DNA from: Verrucomicrobiota bacterium
Lineage (GTDB): Bacteria > Verrucomicrobiota > Verrucomicrobiia > Verrucomicrobiales > DEV007
Assembly (NCBI GenBank): GCA_045046875.1
Contig: JASFYY010000066.1
Location: 1 to 42,823, forward strand
DNA: 42,823 bases
Direction of reading: 5' to 3'
The translations under genes and the position numbers were made by a program. The notes under the pieces are model-generated. The model had not been told where the DNA came from and searched no databases. It saw nothing but the letters and a program-made list of their open reading frames with translations. Of this stretch, positions 29,498 to 41,580 are shown piece by piece; the first letter of the stretch is position 1, and every line of letters starts with the position of its first letter.

Positions 29498-30045
29498 GAT
29501 TGATGCGGCAATGAGGTTTTTTCCTTCGCCACGGTTTGCTCGATACAGGTGAGCAACATTTGCCGGGTTCGGTTCAGGCTTTTGTAAAGAGCGGTGGCAC
29601 TTTTGCCGATTTGGCGGGCCAGATCCTTGATTTTGGTTCCGGGTTCATAAGCGGCCTTCAGTAAATCCTGTTGATTCGTTGGTAATTTGGCGAGGCAGGT
29701 TTGCAGGGCACGGCGCTCGGCTTCGAGATGGTCGCTTTCTTCAGCTGACTCCACGGCGAGACGGTTGACCAGGTCTTCATCAAAGACGTGGCGGTCGCGG
29801 GCGATGGTGCGGCGGTATTTGAGCACTTCGAATCGAGCGACAACAAAGGCCCATTTTAAGAATTCTGTATTCTGATCAAAGGTGTCGAATTTTCGCCACA
29901 GCACCAGGCTGGTATTTTGCATCACTTCGACGGCGTCTTCCCAGGAAGGCAGCAACGAGCGGATGAAGGCGCGCAGGGCAGGTTCGCTACGAGTGAACAG
30001 AGTAACAAATTGCTCGTAAGAGGCGTTTTGCTTGTTTGTATCCAT
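29494..30045 (-). CDS. ECF sigma-70 factor (Rhodopirellula/Verrucomicrobium type)
   Basis: LRAFIRSLL, VMQNTSLVLWRKF, FLKWAFVVARFEV, ALQTCLAKL, ALYKSLNRTR. Confidence 0.93.
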   Translation of the reverse strand: MDTNKQNASYEQFVTLFTRSEPALRAFIRSLLPSWEDAVEVMQNTSLVLWRKFDTFDQNTEFLKWAFVVARFEVLKYRRTIARDRHVFDEDLVNRLAVESAEESDHLEAERRALQTCLAKLPTNQQDLLKAAYEPGTKIKDLARQIGKSATALYKSLNRTRQMLLTCIEQTVAKEKTSLPHQS

Positions 30046-30180
30046 GGGTGATCCGTCTGCAGATTGAGGGGAATATATTTGAGCTGCTATAAATATACTC
30101 CCGCCAGCGGTAAAATTACCCGAAAAAAATCACAAAAGTAGAGAAGATGGAATCTTTTCGCGATTGATATACGCTTACGG

Positions 30181-30208
30181 TTGCCAAGACGGAGTTTCTT
30201 TGTAATCT
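30181..30208 (+). promoter_or_regulatory. Putative sigma-70 promoter of the SHD1-PQQ gene, leaderless geometry
   Basis: TTGCCA-16 nt-TAATCT, ATG at 30216, no Shine-Dalgarno. Confidence 0.45.
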
Positions 30209-30215
30209 TTAGCGC

Positions 30216-31676
30216 ATGAAAAGAACCCCGATTTTTATCACTGCAGCGCTGACTGTTTTATTATCCGGCTCCTGCTTGTTTTCGACGCTGGAAGCGAGGA
30301 CTTGGACCGATGCCAAATCCGGCAAAAAGATCGAAGCTGATTTGGTAGGATCCGAAGAGGGTAAGGTGAGTTTGAAGCTGGCTAATGGCAAAGTCGCCAA
30401 GCTGGATGTGAGTCGCTTGAGTCAGGCTGATCAGGATTTTATCAAAGCCCAGGCTTCCGGTGGTGGTGGGCAGACTGGTGGCAGTGATTGGCCTCAGTGG
30501 CGTGGAGCAGATCGATCGAACATCTCTCCAGATAAAGAAGTGTCGCGAAAGTGGCCGGAGGGAGGCCCCAAGCTTTTGTGGGTGTATAAAAACGCCGGGC
30601 AGGGTTATACCGCACCGTCCATCTCTGGTGGTAAGTTATACACCATGGGATCTCGCGACGGGAAGTTGACCGTGATCGCCTTGAATGCTGAATCGGGCGA
30701 AGAACTGTGGGCATCGGACATCGGGGAAGATGATGAAGAGGGATATAATGCCGGTTGGGGTGGCGGTCCCAGAGGAACCCCTACTTTTAATGATGGGCAC
30801 ATCTATGCCCTGGGGCCCAAGGGGACCTTGATTTGCCTGAAAGCGGAAGACGGCAAAAAAGTCTGGGATAAAAACCTGAAAGATGACTTCGGCGGTTCTG
30901 CCGGGGGCTGGGGATATTCGGAATCGCCTTTTGTCGATGGTGATTTGCTGATCGTAGCTCCAGGGGGCAAGGATTCGCCGATTGTGGCTTTGAATAAAAA
31001 AACCGGCGCAACCAAGTGGAAAAGTGAATTTGATGCAGGCAAAGCAGAGTATGCTTCGATCGTTCCCGCAGATCTTAACGGGGGGCGCCAGTATATTCGT
31101 TTGTTCCAGTCGAAGGTGGTGGGCGTGGATGCCAGCAACGGCAAGCTTTTGTGGGAATCCGAATGGCCTCGCGGCAAAACGGCGGTGATCCCAACGCCTA
31201 TTTATGCTGACCAGCATGTGTATATCACTTCGGACTACGGTGCGGGTGCCAAGTTGATCAAAATCGGATCGGATAATTCGGTCAGTGATGTGTGGGATAA
31301 CAAAGAGATGAAAAACCACCATGGCGGGGTGGTGAAAATCGGTGACCACGTTTATGGCTTTTCGAGCGGCAAGGGGTTGATTTGTCAGGATTGGAAAACG
31401 GGCGAAGTGGTGTGGAGCGAAAAAGACCGGCCACTGATGAAAGGGGCGATCACTGCTGCAGGTGGCAAGCTGATTTGTGTGAACGAAGCGGACGGAACCA
31501 TCACATTGGCCGAAGCTTCTCCCAAGGCTTTCAAGTCGCTGGGCAGCTTCAAGCTGGAGCCGCAAAGTGAAAACCGTAATCCCAAGGGGCGCATTTGGGC
31601 TCATCCTGTGGTGCTGAATGGCAAGCTTTACCTGCGCGATCAGGAGTTGCTGCATTGTTACGACGTTTCTCCTTAA
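30216..31676 (+). CDS. Secreted SHD1 domain + PQQ-like beta-propeller (BamB-like) protein
   Basis: Signal peptide; RTWTD..GKKIEA...LSQADQDFI (SHD1); Gly linker; DWPQWRG and repeated A...G...W blades; GKLYLRD end. Confidence 0.87.
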   Translation: MKRTPIFITAALTVLLSGSCLFSTLEARTWTDAKSGKKIEADLVGSEEGKVSLKLANGKVAKLDVSRLSQADQDFIKAQASGGGGQTGGSDWPQWRGADRSNISPDKEVSRKWPEGGPKLLWVYKNAGQGYTAPSISGGKLYTMGSRDGKLTVIALNAESGEELWASDIGEDDEEGYNAGWGGGPRGTPTFNDGHIYALGPKGTLICLKAEDGKKVWDKNLKDDFGGSAGGWGYSESPFVDGDLLIVAPGGKDSPIVALNKKTGATKWKSEFDAGKAEYASIVPADLNGGRQYIRLFQSKVVGVDASNGKLLWESEWPRGKTAVIPTPIYADQHVYITSDYGAGAKLIKIGSDNSVSDVWDNKEMKNHHGGVVKIGDHVYGFSSGKGLICQDWKTGEVVWSEKDRPLMKGAITAAGGKLICVNEADGTITLAEASPKAFKSLGSFKLEPQSENRNPKGRIWAHPVVLNGKLYLRDQELLHCYDVSP

Positions 31677-31683
31677 CAACCCA

Positions 31684-33084
31684 GTGGTGACTGATTCCGG
31701 TGGTAAAATCAACCAGCTGAGGTGGTGGTGTCTGGTTTTTGCCAGCGTTGTATTGATCATAAAACCACCGTGGCAGGATTGGGCGCCGGAAGCCACTGCG
31801 ACGGGCGATGAACGAGTAACGCTGGCGGTATTGGAACTACAGGGGCGCATTCTTATAGGAGCCGCGTCTTTTAGCTCCGAGGATATGGAGAGACAGCTTG
31901 CCGAGATGGAGGTTTGGGCGGTGGGTGACCGGACCGCGATCGCGGTGGCGGCGATACGTTTCTTTCTCGATCCGGAAGGCAATGGCAAGTGGCGTGCGCT
32001 GGCTTTGGTGAAAGCCCGGCTAAAAAAAATAGAGCAAGCAGAAGAACCGGCGCAGAGTAGTAACAAGGAATTGTTGCAACAGGCGCACATCGCGCTGGAG
32101 CACCCTGATCAATTGGGCGATGAAGGTGAGCAGTTGATTCGCTCGCAAATGGGCTGGTTCGGGAGTATTTTAATATCCGCCGGTGCTGCCGAAGGGGAAG
32201 TCGGGGTGCAAGAGGCGGCGGACTTGAGGGCGCAGGCCGTGTCGATGGTTTTTGTCTCTAGCTTTCTTTTCCTCGTAGTGTTTCTGGGAGCATTATTGGG
32301 GCTAGGATTGTTGGTGGCGGCTTTGCTTGCTATGAAACATGGGAAACTGACCATGGTAGGTGTTTCTGAGGAAATCCCTGCAACGCCTTTTCTTGCCGCT
32401 TTTGCGCTCTATCTGGCAGTGATGGTGCTGGCCGATTTTTTGAGTCTCACGGTGCATCCTATGCTCAGCATTGGCGGGATGTTTGTTTCGATAGGGCTCG
32501 CATTTTTCTGGCCACGGATTCGTGGTTTGAGCTGGAAGCAGGTTTTGCATGGTTTTGGCTGGCGGCGAGGCAAGGGCATCGTGCGTGAAATGGGGGCCGG
32601 GGTGGTGGGTTATATGGCCATGGCGCCGGTGTTTGCGTTGGGTTTCGCTACCACTTTGATATTGACCCTGCTTTCCACCTGGCTGGCGAGCCATGGCAGT
32701 GACCCCGAAGCGGTCACGGAACCGGTTGGGCATCCGGTCACTCACCCGGTGGTGGCGTGGGTGGCGGAAGGGGATTGGAAAGTCAAACTAGGGGTGCTTT
32801 TCCTCGCATCGGGCTTGGCGCCCTTGTTTGAAGAAACCATGTTTCGTGGTGCGCTCTACGGAGTGTTTCGCAAACGTTGGGGATTTGTGCTGTCATCTTT
32901 AGCCAGTGGTTTTATTTTTGCGGTGATTCATCCGCAGGGTTGGGTGGCGATTCCCGCGCTCACCGCGATGGGTTTTGGTTTTGCCATTATTCGTGAATGG
33001 CGAGGCACCTTGATCGCCTCGATGACCGCCCACAGCGTGCATAATGGGATTTTGGTTTCGATGTTGCTGTTGGCGATGTCGTAA
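31684..33084 (+). CDS. CPBP (CAAX/Abi) family intramembrane glutamic endopeptidase with soluble N-terminal domain
   Basis: EETMFRG, FAVIH, AHSVHN motifs and multiple TM helices. Start likely GTG 31684 or 31687, after the upstream stop. Confidence 0.88.
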   Translation: MVTDSGGKINQLRWWCLVFASVVLIIKPPWQDWAPEATATGDERVTLAVLELQGRILIGAASFSSEDMERQLAEMEVWAVGDRTAIAVAAIRFFLDPEGNGKWRALALVKARLKKIEQAEEPAQSSNKELLQQAHIALEHPDQLGDEGEQLIRSQMGWFGSILISAGAAEGEVGVQEAADLRAQAVSMVFVSSFLFLVVFLGALLGLGLLVAALLAMKHGKLTMVGVSEEIPATPFLAAFALYLAVMVLADFLSLTVHPMLSIGGMFVSIGLAFFWPRIRGLSWKQVLHGFGWRRGKGIVREMGAGVVGYMAMAPVFALGFATTLILTLLSTWLASHGSDPEAVTEPVGHPVTHPVVAWVAEGDWKVKLGVLFLASGLAPLFEETMFRGALYGVFRKRWGFVLSSLASGFIFAVIHPQGWVAIPALTAMGFGFAIIREWRGTLIASMTAHSVHNGILVSMLLLAMS

Positions 33085-33253
33085 GAAAAAAACGCTTCCT
33101 AGCAGATGTTTTTGGGGAGAATTTGGCTTTATTCACGCTTTTACTCCCTTAGAGGCGAAAAACAGCGAAAATACCTGATATTTCCTTGTCTGAATGATTG
33201 CAAAAGGGTGCTTTTTCTCTTAAATATTAGGCTTGAACCAGTCTGGAATTTGA

Positions 33254-35956
<2,703 letters not shown>

Positions 35957-36011
35957 GCTCGTTCGAAGTGATCTGAGTTTCACCAATTTTAACTAACTGA
36001 AATTTTTTATT

Positions 36012-38699
36012 GTGGCCGACCAAACTGAAAATAATTCACCTCCGGAAGAATACATTGAGAAAATCAATGTGGCCGATGAAATGTCGAAGTCCTTTTTGGA
36101 CTATTCGATGTCGGTGATCATCTCCCGTGCCTTGCCCGATGTGAGGGATGGACTGAAACCTTCGCAACGACGTATTCTTAATGCGATGAATGACCTTGGA
36201 CTGGCTCCGGGCAAACATTATCGTAAGTGCGCCAAGATCTGTGGTGATACATCAGGTAACTATCACCCGCATGGTGAAGCAACGATTTATCCTACTCTGG
36301 TGAACATGGCGCAGCCGTGGTCGATGAGAGACCCGCTGATCGATGGTCAGGGGAACTTTGGGTCGGTGGAGGGGGATCCGCCTGCTGCCATGCGTTATAC
36401 GGAAGCGCGTTTGACCCATCTAGGCATGTGCCTGATGACGGACATGGACAAGGATACTGTCGATTTTGTTCCCAACTATGATGAGACGCAGATCGAGCCT
36501 ACGGTATTCCCTGCAGCGATGCCAAATTTACTGGTTAACGGCGGAACAGGGATTGCGGTTGGTATGGCGACCAATTTGCCACCACACAATCTGGGAGAGG
36601 TGATCGAAGGGATATGCGCGACGATTGATGATCCGGCGATCAGTGATGAAGGGTTGATGAAATACATCAAAGGGCCGGATTTTCCTACCGGTTGTACTAT
36701 TCTTGGCATGACAGGGACCAAGAGCTACATGGCAACGGGCCGTGGCAGTATCAAGGTGCGAGGACGTGCGGAGATTGTGGAGGACAAAAAGGGGCGTGAG
36801 CAAATCGTTATCACCGAGATTCCCTACAATGTGAACCGGGCAACATTGGTGAAGCGGGTGGCTGAGCTGGTGAATGAAAAAATCCTACCAGAAATCAGTG
36901 CGATTCGTGATGAATCGGATGAAAACACCCGGGTGGTGATTGATTTGAAGCGTGATGCGCGAGCGCAGGTGGTGCTGAATAATTTGTTCAAACACACCGC
37001 TTTGCAGTCGAGTTTTTCTGTGAACATGCTGGCAATTGATAACCGCCGTCCGCGCTTGTTGTCAGTGAAGGATGCTATCGATTGTTATATCGAACACCGT
37101 CGTGAGGTGATCCTACGACGCACTCGTTATCTTTTGCGCAAAGCAGAAGACCGCGCTGAAGTTTTGGAGGCATTTTTGCTGGCGCTTGATCACTTGGATG
37201 ATTTTATCCACATGATCCGAGATTCAAAAAATCGCGATATCGCCCGGGAGAAGATCAAAAATTATACCTTTGATCCTAAAACTGCCGAGAAGTTGGGCAT
37301 CTTGATCCGAGATCAGCCAAGTCTTAATATTGAACAAGGCCGTTACGTTTTCACCGATCGCCAGGTCACTGCGATTCTGGAGCTTCGTCTCTATCAGTTG
37401 ACGGCGATGGAGCAGGATAAGATCAAAAATGAGTATGATTCGGTGCTCGATGACATCAAGGACTTGCTTGATATTCTGGCTCGCGAAGAGCGGGTGTTGC
37501 AGATCATCAAAGATGAGCTCAACGAGATCAAACACAAACACGCGACACCTAGGAAGACGAATTTTGGTATCGATGAAGGGGATATGAACATTGTCGACCT
37601 GATCGCCAATGATTCGAACATTATCACGATTTCTCACAAGGGTTACATCAAGCGTACGCTCTCCAGCGAATACCGAACTCAGGCTCGTGGTGGAAAAGGG
37701 CTGAAAGGAATGGTTACCCGCGGCGCCCAGACCGAGGAAGATGAAGATGATTTTGTAGAACAGTTGTTCTCCGCTTCGACGCATGATTATCTGATGTTTT
37801 TCACTAATACGGGTAGGGCTTATGTGGAACGGGTGTATCGCATTCCTGAAATGAGCCGTACTTCGATGGGACGTTCGATTAAAAATTTCCTAAACTTGCA
37901 AACTGGTGAAACCATCGCTTCGACGCTGCGCATTGAAGGGGACCCGAGCGGTGATTTGGATAAAACCTTTGTTGAGGAGTTTCATATTGTCTTTGCTACT
38001 CGCAGTGGACGGGTGAAGAAGACGAATCTCAAAGATTTTAGAAATATCCGTAAAACGGGCATCATTGCGATCAAGATCGAAGAGGAGGATGAGCTGATCG
38101 ATGTCAGGCTGACCAATGGAGATGATCAGATTATTCTGGTTACGCATGAAGGTTTGAGCTTGCGCTGTCACGAAAAGGGCGTGCGTGACATGGGACGTTC
38201 TTCACGAGGGGTGTGGGGAATCCGTCCTAAAGAGAATGATTATGTGGTGACTCTGGCCGTGGTGGATTCGGAAAGCATGTTACTGGTGGCCTCGGAAAGA
38301 GGGATCGGCAAACGCACGGCTTTTGAAGAATACCGTATTCAGACTCGCGGAGGAAAAGGCATCATCACGATGAAGACTACTGCGAAAACCGGCAAAGTGG
38401 TCGGTGCCTTGGTGGTGCGTGAAGAAGACGAACTGATGGTGATGACCAGTGCCGGACAAAGTGTGAGGCTCAAGGTCAATGGCGTCCGTCCGACTTCACG
38501 TAATACCCAGGGGGTTAAACTGATGAACCTGAAAGAGGGGGAGATCATCCAGGATGTCGCACGAGTGATCGTCGATGAAGAGGATGAGTCCGAAGAGAAC
38601 GGTGAAGAAGTTGTGAATGTTGAAGGTGGTGAAACTGCAGTCAGCGATGATGGCGCACAGGATTCTCCAGATACGGATAGTTCGAGTGAAGAGGAATGA
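36012..38699 (+). CDS. gyrA: DNA gyrase subunit A
   Basis: RALPDVRDGLKP, YHPHG, AAMRYTE (catalytic Tyr), GyrA-box QARGGKG, beta-pinwheel repeats, acidic tail; GTG start. Confidence 0.98.
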   Translation: MADQTENNSPPEEYIEKINVADEMSKSFLDYSMSVIISRALPDVRDGLKPSQRRILNAMNDLGLAPGKHYRKCAKICGDTSGNYHPHGEATIYPTLVNMAQPWSMRDPLIDGQGNFGSVEGDPPAAMRYTEARLTHLGMCLMTDMDKDTVDFVPNYDETQIEPTVFPAAMPNLLVNGGTGIAVGMATNLPPHNLGEVIEGICATIDDPAISDEGLMKYIKGPDFPTGCTILGMTGTKSYMATGRGSIKVRGRAEIVEDKKGREQIVITEIPYNVNRATLVKRVAELVNEKILPEISAIRDESDENTRVVIDLKRDARAQVVLNNLFKHTALQSSFSVNMLAIDNRRPRLLSVKDAIDCYIEHRREVILRRTRYLLRKAEDRAEVLEAFLLALDHLDDFIHMIRDSKNRDIAREKIKNYTFDPKTAEKLGILIRDQPSLNIEQGRYVFTDRQVTAILELRLYQLTAMEQDKIKNEYDSVLDDIKDLLDILAREERVLQIIKDELNEIKHKHATPRKTNFGIDEGDMNIVDLIANDSNIITISHKGYIKRTLSSEYRTQARGGKGLKGMVTRGAQTEEDEDDFVEQLFSASTHDYLMFFTNTGRAYVERVYRIPEMSRTSMGRSIKNFLNLQTGETIASTLRIEGDPSGDLDKTFVEEFHIVFATRSGRVKKTNLKDFRNIRKTGIIAIKIEEEDELIDVRLTNGDDQIILVTHEGLSLRCHEKGVRDMGRSSRGVWGIRPKENDYVVTLAVVDSESMLLVASERGIGKRTAFEEYRIQTRGGKGIITMKTTAKTGKVVGALVVREEDELMVMTSAGQSVRLKVNGVRPTSRNTQGVKLMNLKEGEIIQDVARVIVDEEDESEENGEEVVNVEGGETAVSDDGAQDSPDTDSSSEEE

Positions 38700-38760
38700 A
38701 ATAGCGAGAAGAAGCTCTCACGCGACCTCTTGCGCCTGGGCTTAGGCGCCCAATGAGGGT

Positions 38761-39290
38761 CGGAGGGTTTAAGGTAAGGGATGCGAGGAAATTGCGCCCT
38801 TTCAGGGCTGTGTATTTTTTTCGTTATGATAACCCAGGGCTTCGCCGCTGGGCTGTATCATTGGGCACCGTTGGTGCCAGAGGTGATGGGCATTAAAAGG
38901 GAAGTTTCGATCGTTGGGTTTTTGATTGAGAGAGTTATGTCCCGAAGCGACCGTATGAGATAGCTCTCGAAGCGCGGGGAAACATGATTAGATTCATAAA
39001 CCCTGAAAAAGTGAGTTTTTAGGCTGCGGAGGGTTTAAGGGATGCGAGGAAATTGCGCCCTTTCAGGGCTGTGGATTTTATTGCGTTATGATACCCAGGG
39101 CTTCGCCGCTGGGCTGTATCATTGGGCACCGTTGGTGCCAGAGGTGAAGGGGCATTAAAAGGGAAGTTTCGATCTTTGAGTTTTTGATTGAAGGTGTTAT
39201 GTCCCGAAGGGAGTATATGAGATAGCCCTGTGCGAAGCGCTGGGAAAACATGGTCGGAGTCATAAGCCCTGAAAGGGCGGCATTTTAGGC
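38761..39290. repeat. Tandem pair of ~265-bp REPIN/MITE-like palindromic elements (38761-39026, 39027-39290)
   Basis: Two near-identical units; unit 2 has a perfect 15-bp inverted repeat CGCCCTTTCAGGGCT (39056-39070) / AGCCCTGAAAGGGCG (39265-39279) and internal hairpins. Confidence 0.9.
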
Positions 39291-39329
39291 ATCAGTAATC
39301 ATTGGGACTGATAATTAATAATTTATATT

Positions 39330-40481
39330 TCACAGGGTTTCCAGATCGATCCAGCGGCGTTCTTTCCAGGACTGCAGGCCGGCTTCGGCGAGTTGCACGC
39401 CTTTGGCGGCTTCCATCAAATCCCAGCGGAAGGGCTCGTCGAGCACGACGTGGCGCAGGAAAAGTTCCCATTGGATTTTGAAGGCGTTGTCGTAGTGGGT
39501 GGCGTCGGGCACTTCCTGCCAACCTTCGTAGAAGTCGATCGCTTGCTCGATGTCGGGGTTCCATGTGGGTTTTGGAGTGCTGCCGAGGGATTGGATTTTG
39601 CAATCCCTCAAACCGACGACGGCTGAGCCCAGGGTGCCATCTACCTGCATGGTGAAGAGGTCATCGCGACGCACCCGCACATCCCAGGAACTGTTGAATT
39701 GGGCGATGATGCCGTTGTCCAATTCGAAGGTGGCGTAACAGGAATCATCAGCGGTGGCGGTGTATTTTTTTCCGGACTCGTCATGGCGCTCGGGGATGTG
39801 GGTAGCGCCGAGACAACTGACGGATTTGATATTGCCAAAAATATTGTCGACCACGTAACGCCAGTGACAGAGCATGTCGATGATGATGCCTCCGCCGTCC
39901 TCTTCGCGGTAGTTCCACGAGGGGCGCTGTGGGGACTGGTCATCGTGATCACCGGTGAAAACCCAATAACCGAACTCGCCGCGCACTGAGAGGATGTCAC
40001 CAAAAAATCCTTGTTGGATCAGCATTTGAAGTTTGCGCAAACCGGGCAGCCAGAGTTTGTCTTGCACTGCGCCGTTTTTCACTCCGGCATCACGGCAAAG
40101 TTGGCCTAGGCGGATGGCTTCGTCGAGGCGGGTGGCAGTGGGCTTTTCGCAGTAGATCGCTTTGCCGGCAGCGACGGCTTTTTCGATGAATGCGGGACGC
40201 AGCAGAGTGGTCGAGGCATCAAAGAAGATCTGGTTGCGGTCATCTGCCAGAGCGGTATCGAGGTCTGTGCTCCAGCGTTCGACCTGATATTTTTGGGCGA
40301 GCTTTTTGAGTTTGTTTTCATTGCGTCCGGTTAGAATAGGATCGACCAGGATCACTTCGTCATCCGATATTTTGATACCGCCCTGATCGCGAATAGCGAG
40401 GATGGAGCGCACCAGGTGCTGATTGGTTCCCATGCGTCCGGTGACGCCGTTGAGGATGATGCCGATGTGGTGTGTTTTCAT
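39330..40481 (-). CDS. Gfo/Idh/MocA family oxidoreductase
   Basis: NGVTGRMG, IYCEKP, VQDKLWLPG, EFGYWVF, QRPSWNYR, GGIIIDMLCHW. Confidence 0.93.
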   Translation of the reverse strand: MKTHHIGIILNGVTGRMGTNQHLVRSILAIRDQGGIKISDDEVILVDPILTGRNENKLKKLAQKYQVERWSTDLDTALADDRNQIFFDASTTLLRPAFIEKAVAAGKAIYCEKPTATRLDEAIRLGQLCRDAGVKNGAVQDKLWLPGLRKLQMLIQQGFFGDILSVRGEFGYWVFTGDHDDQSPQRPSWNYREEDGGGIIIDMLCHWRYVVDNIFGNIKSVSCLGATHIPERHDESGKKYTATADDSCYATFELDNGIIAQFNSSWDVRVRRDDLFTMQVDGTLGSAVVGLRDCKIQSLGSTPKPTWNPDIEQAIDFYEGWQEVPDATHYDNAFKIQWELFLRHVVLDEPFRWDLMEAAKGVQLAEAGLQSWKERRWIDLETL

Positions 40482-40482
40482 A

Positions 40483-40517
40483 TTTGTAATTAGGAGTTTG
40501 TAATTAGGAGTTAGGAG
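40483..40517. repeat. Short tandem heptamer array
   Basis: (TTTGTAA TTAGGAG)x2 plus TTAGGAG, abutting the oxidoreductase start codon. Confidence 0.8.
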
Positions 40518-40579
40518 GTAGAATTTCTGGTGCCACGTTTGTTGGTTACAGTTGTGACACTGGTTTGTCGTGGTCGAAA

Positions 40580-40631
40580 ATCAGTGACCATCAGTGGTTG
40601 GAATATTTGTTAACCACTGATGGGCACTGAT
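40580..40631. repeat. 20-bp inverted repeat of the CACTGAT-dyad family
   Basis: ATCAGTGACCATCAGTGGTT - 12 nt - AACCACTGATGGGCACTGAT, 19/20 complementary. Confidence 0.88.
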
Positions 40632-40680
40632 GATAGGAATTGAGGGTGTTGCTTTGTTATATATCTGAAGGGTTGTTTTT

Positions 40681-41514
40681 CTAGCTGTGTTTGAGGTAGG
40701 CGGATTTGATTTGTTCGAGATAGTCGTCGGGGTCGGTTTGCCACCAGCGATTGGAGAAGATTTCTACTTCGTTGAAGCCGGTGAAGTGGTTTTCCTCCAT
40801 CCAGGAGCGGATCTGGCGAATGGGGATGCAGCCTTCGCCCATCAGGCCACGGTCATTGAGCAGATCGGTGGTGGGGGTCATCCAATCGCAGATGTGAAAG
40901 GCGAAGAGGCGCTTTTTTTGAGCGGCAATTTTGATTTGTGCTTCGAGTTGTTCGTCCCACCAGAGATGGTAAACATCGACGGCGATGCCTAGCAGAGGGT
41001 GGTCGATTTGATCACAGACGGCGTTGGCCTGGCTGATGGTATTGATCGCTGAGCGATCATCGGCATACATCGGATGCAGGGGTTCGATCGAGAGTTGAAT
41101 GCCGGCGGATTCGGCATCGGGTAAAACCGCGCTGATGCCAGCGATGATTTGTTGGCGCGAGCGTTCGAGGCTTTGGCCGGGCAGCGCGCCGCAGACGAGC
41201 ACAACGGAGGGGGCGCCTAGCTCGGCGGCTTCTGCGATGGCTCGGCGATTGTCATCGATGGCAGCTTGTAAGGCGGAGTCGGAATCCGCAGGAAAAAAAC
41301 CGCCCCGGCAGAGTGATACAATTTCAAGATTACGCGATCGTAGTTGTTCACCGATGATGGAAATATTGCGTTGGTCCAGTGCGTCGCGCCAGACGGTGAT
41401 ACCCGCAATACCGGCGGCGGCGTATTTATCCATCGCCTCTTCGATGCTCCATTTTTTGGTGGTGACCGTGTGGACGCAGAGGCGGGATAAATCTAGTGGA
41501 GGGGAATCGGGCAT
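40681..41514 (-). CDS. Sugar phosphate isomerase/epimerase (xylose isomerase-like TIM barrel)
   Basis: SLCRGGFF, IEPLHPMY, DVYHLWWD, FHICDW, DRGLMGEG, EVEIFS. Start moved to ATG 41514. Confidence 0.92.
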   Translation of the reverse strand: MPDSPPLDLSRLCVHTVTTKKWSIEEAMDKYAAAGIAGITVWRDALDQRNISIIGEQLRSRNLEIVSLCRGGFFPADSDSALQAAIDDNRRAIAEAAELGAPSVVLVCGALPGQSLERSRQQIIAGISAVLPDAESAGIQLSIEPLHPMYADDRSAINTISQANAVCDQIDHPLLGIAVDVYHLWWDEQLEAQIKIAAQKKRLFAFHICDWMTPTTDLLNDRGLMGEGCIPIRQIRSWMEENHFTGFNEVEIFSNRWWQTDPDDYLEQIKSAYLKHS

Positions 41515-41580
41515 ATTCTGTTTGGTTGGTGATGTATAATAAAGGAGGGAATGATTGGGCGATATAACAAGAACTTGCAA

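Noticed and set aside
30636..32090. 484-aa ORF on the - strand
   Set aside because: Antisense to two well-supported genes, with no protein-family signal.
38781..39263. Short ORFs 38781-38963 and 39078-39263; also considered as CRISPR or tRNA
   Set aside because: They lie inside the palindromic repeat and the two units differ by frame-breaking indels; no repeat-spacer pattern or cloverleaf.
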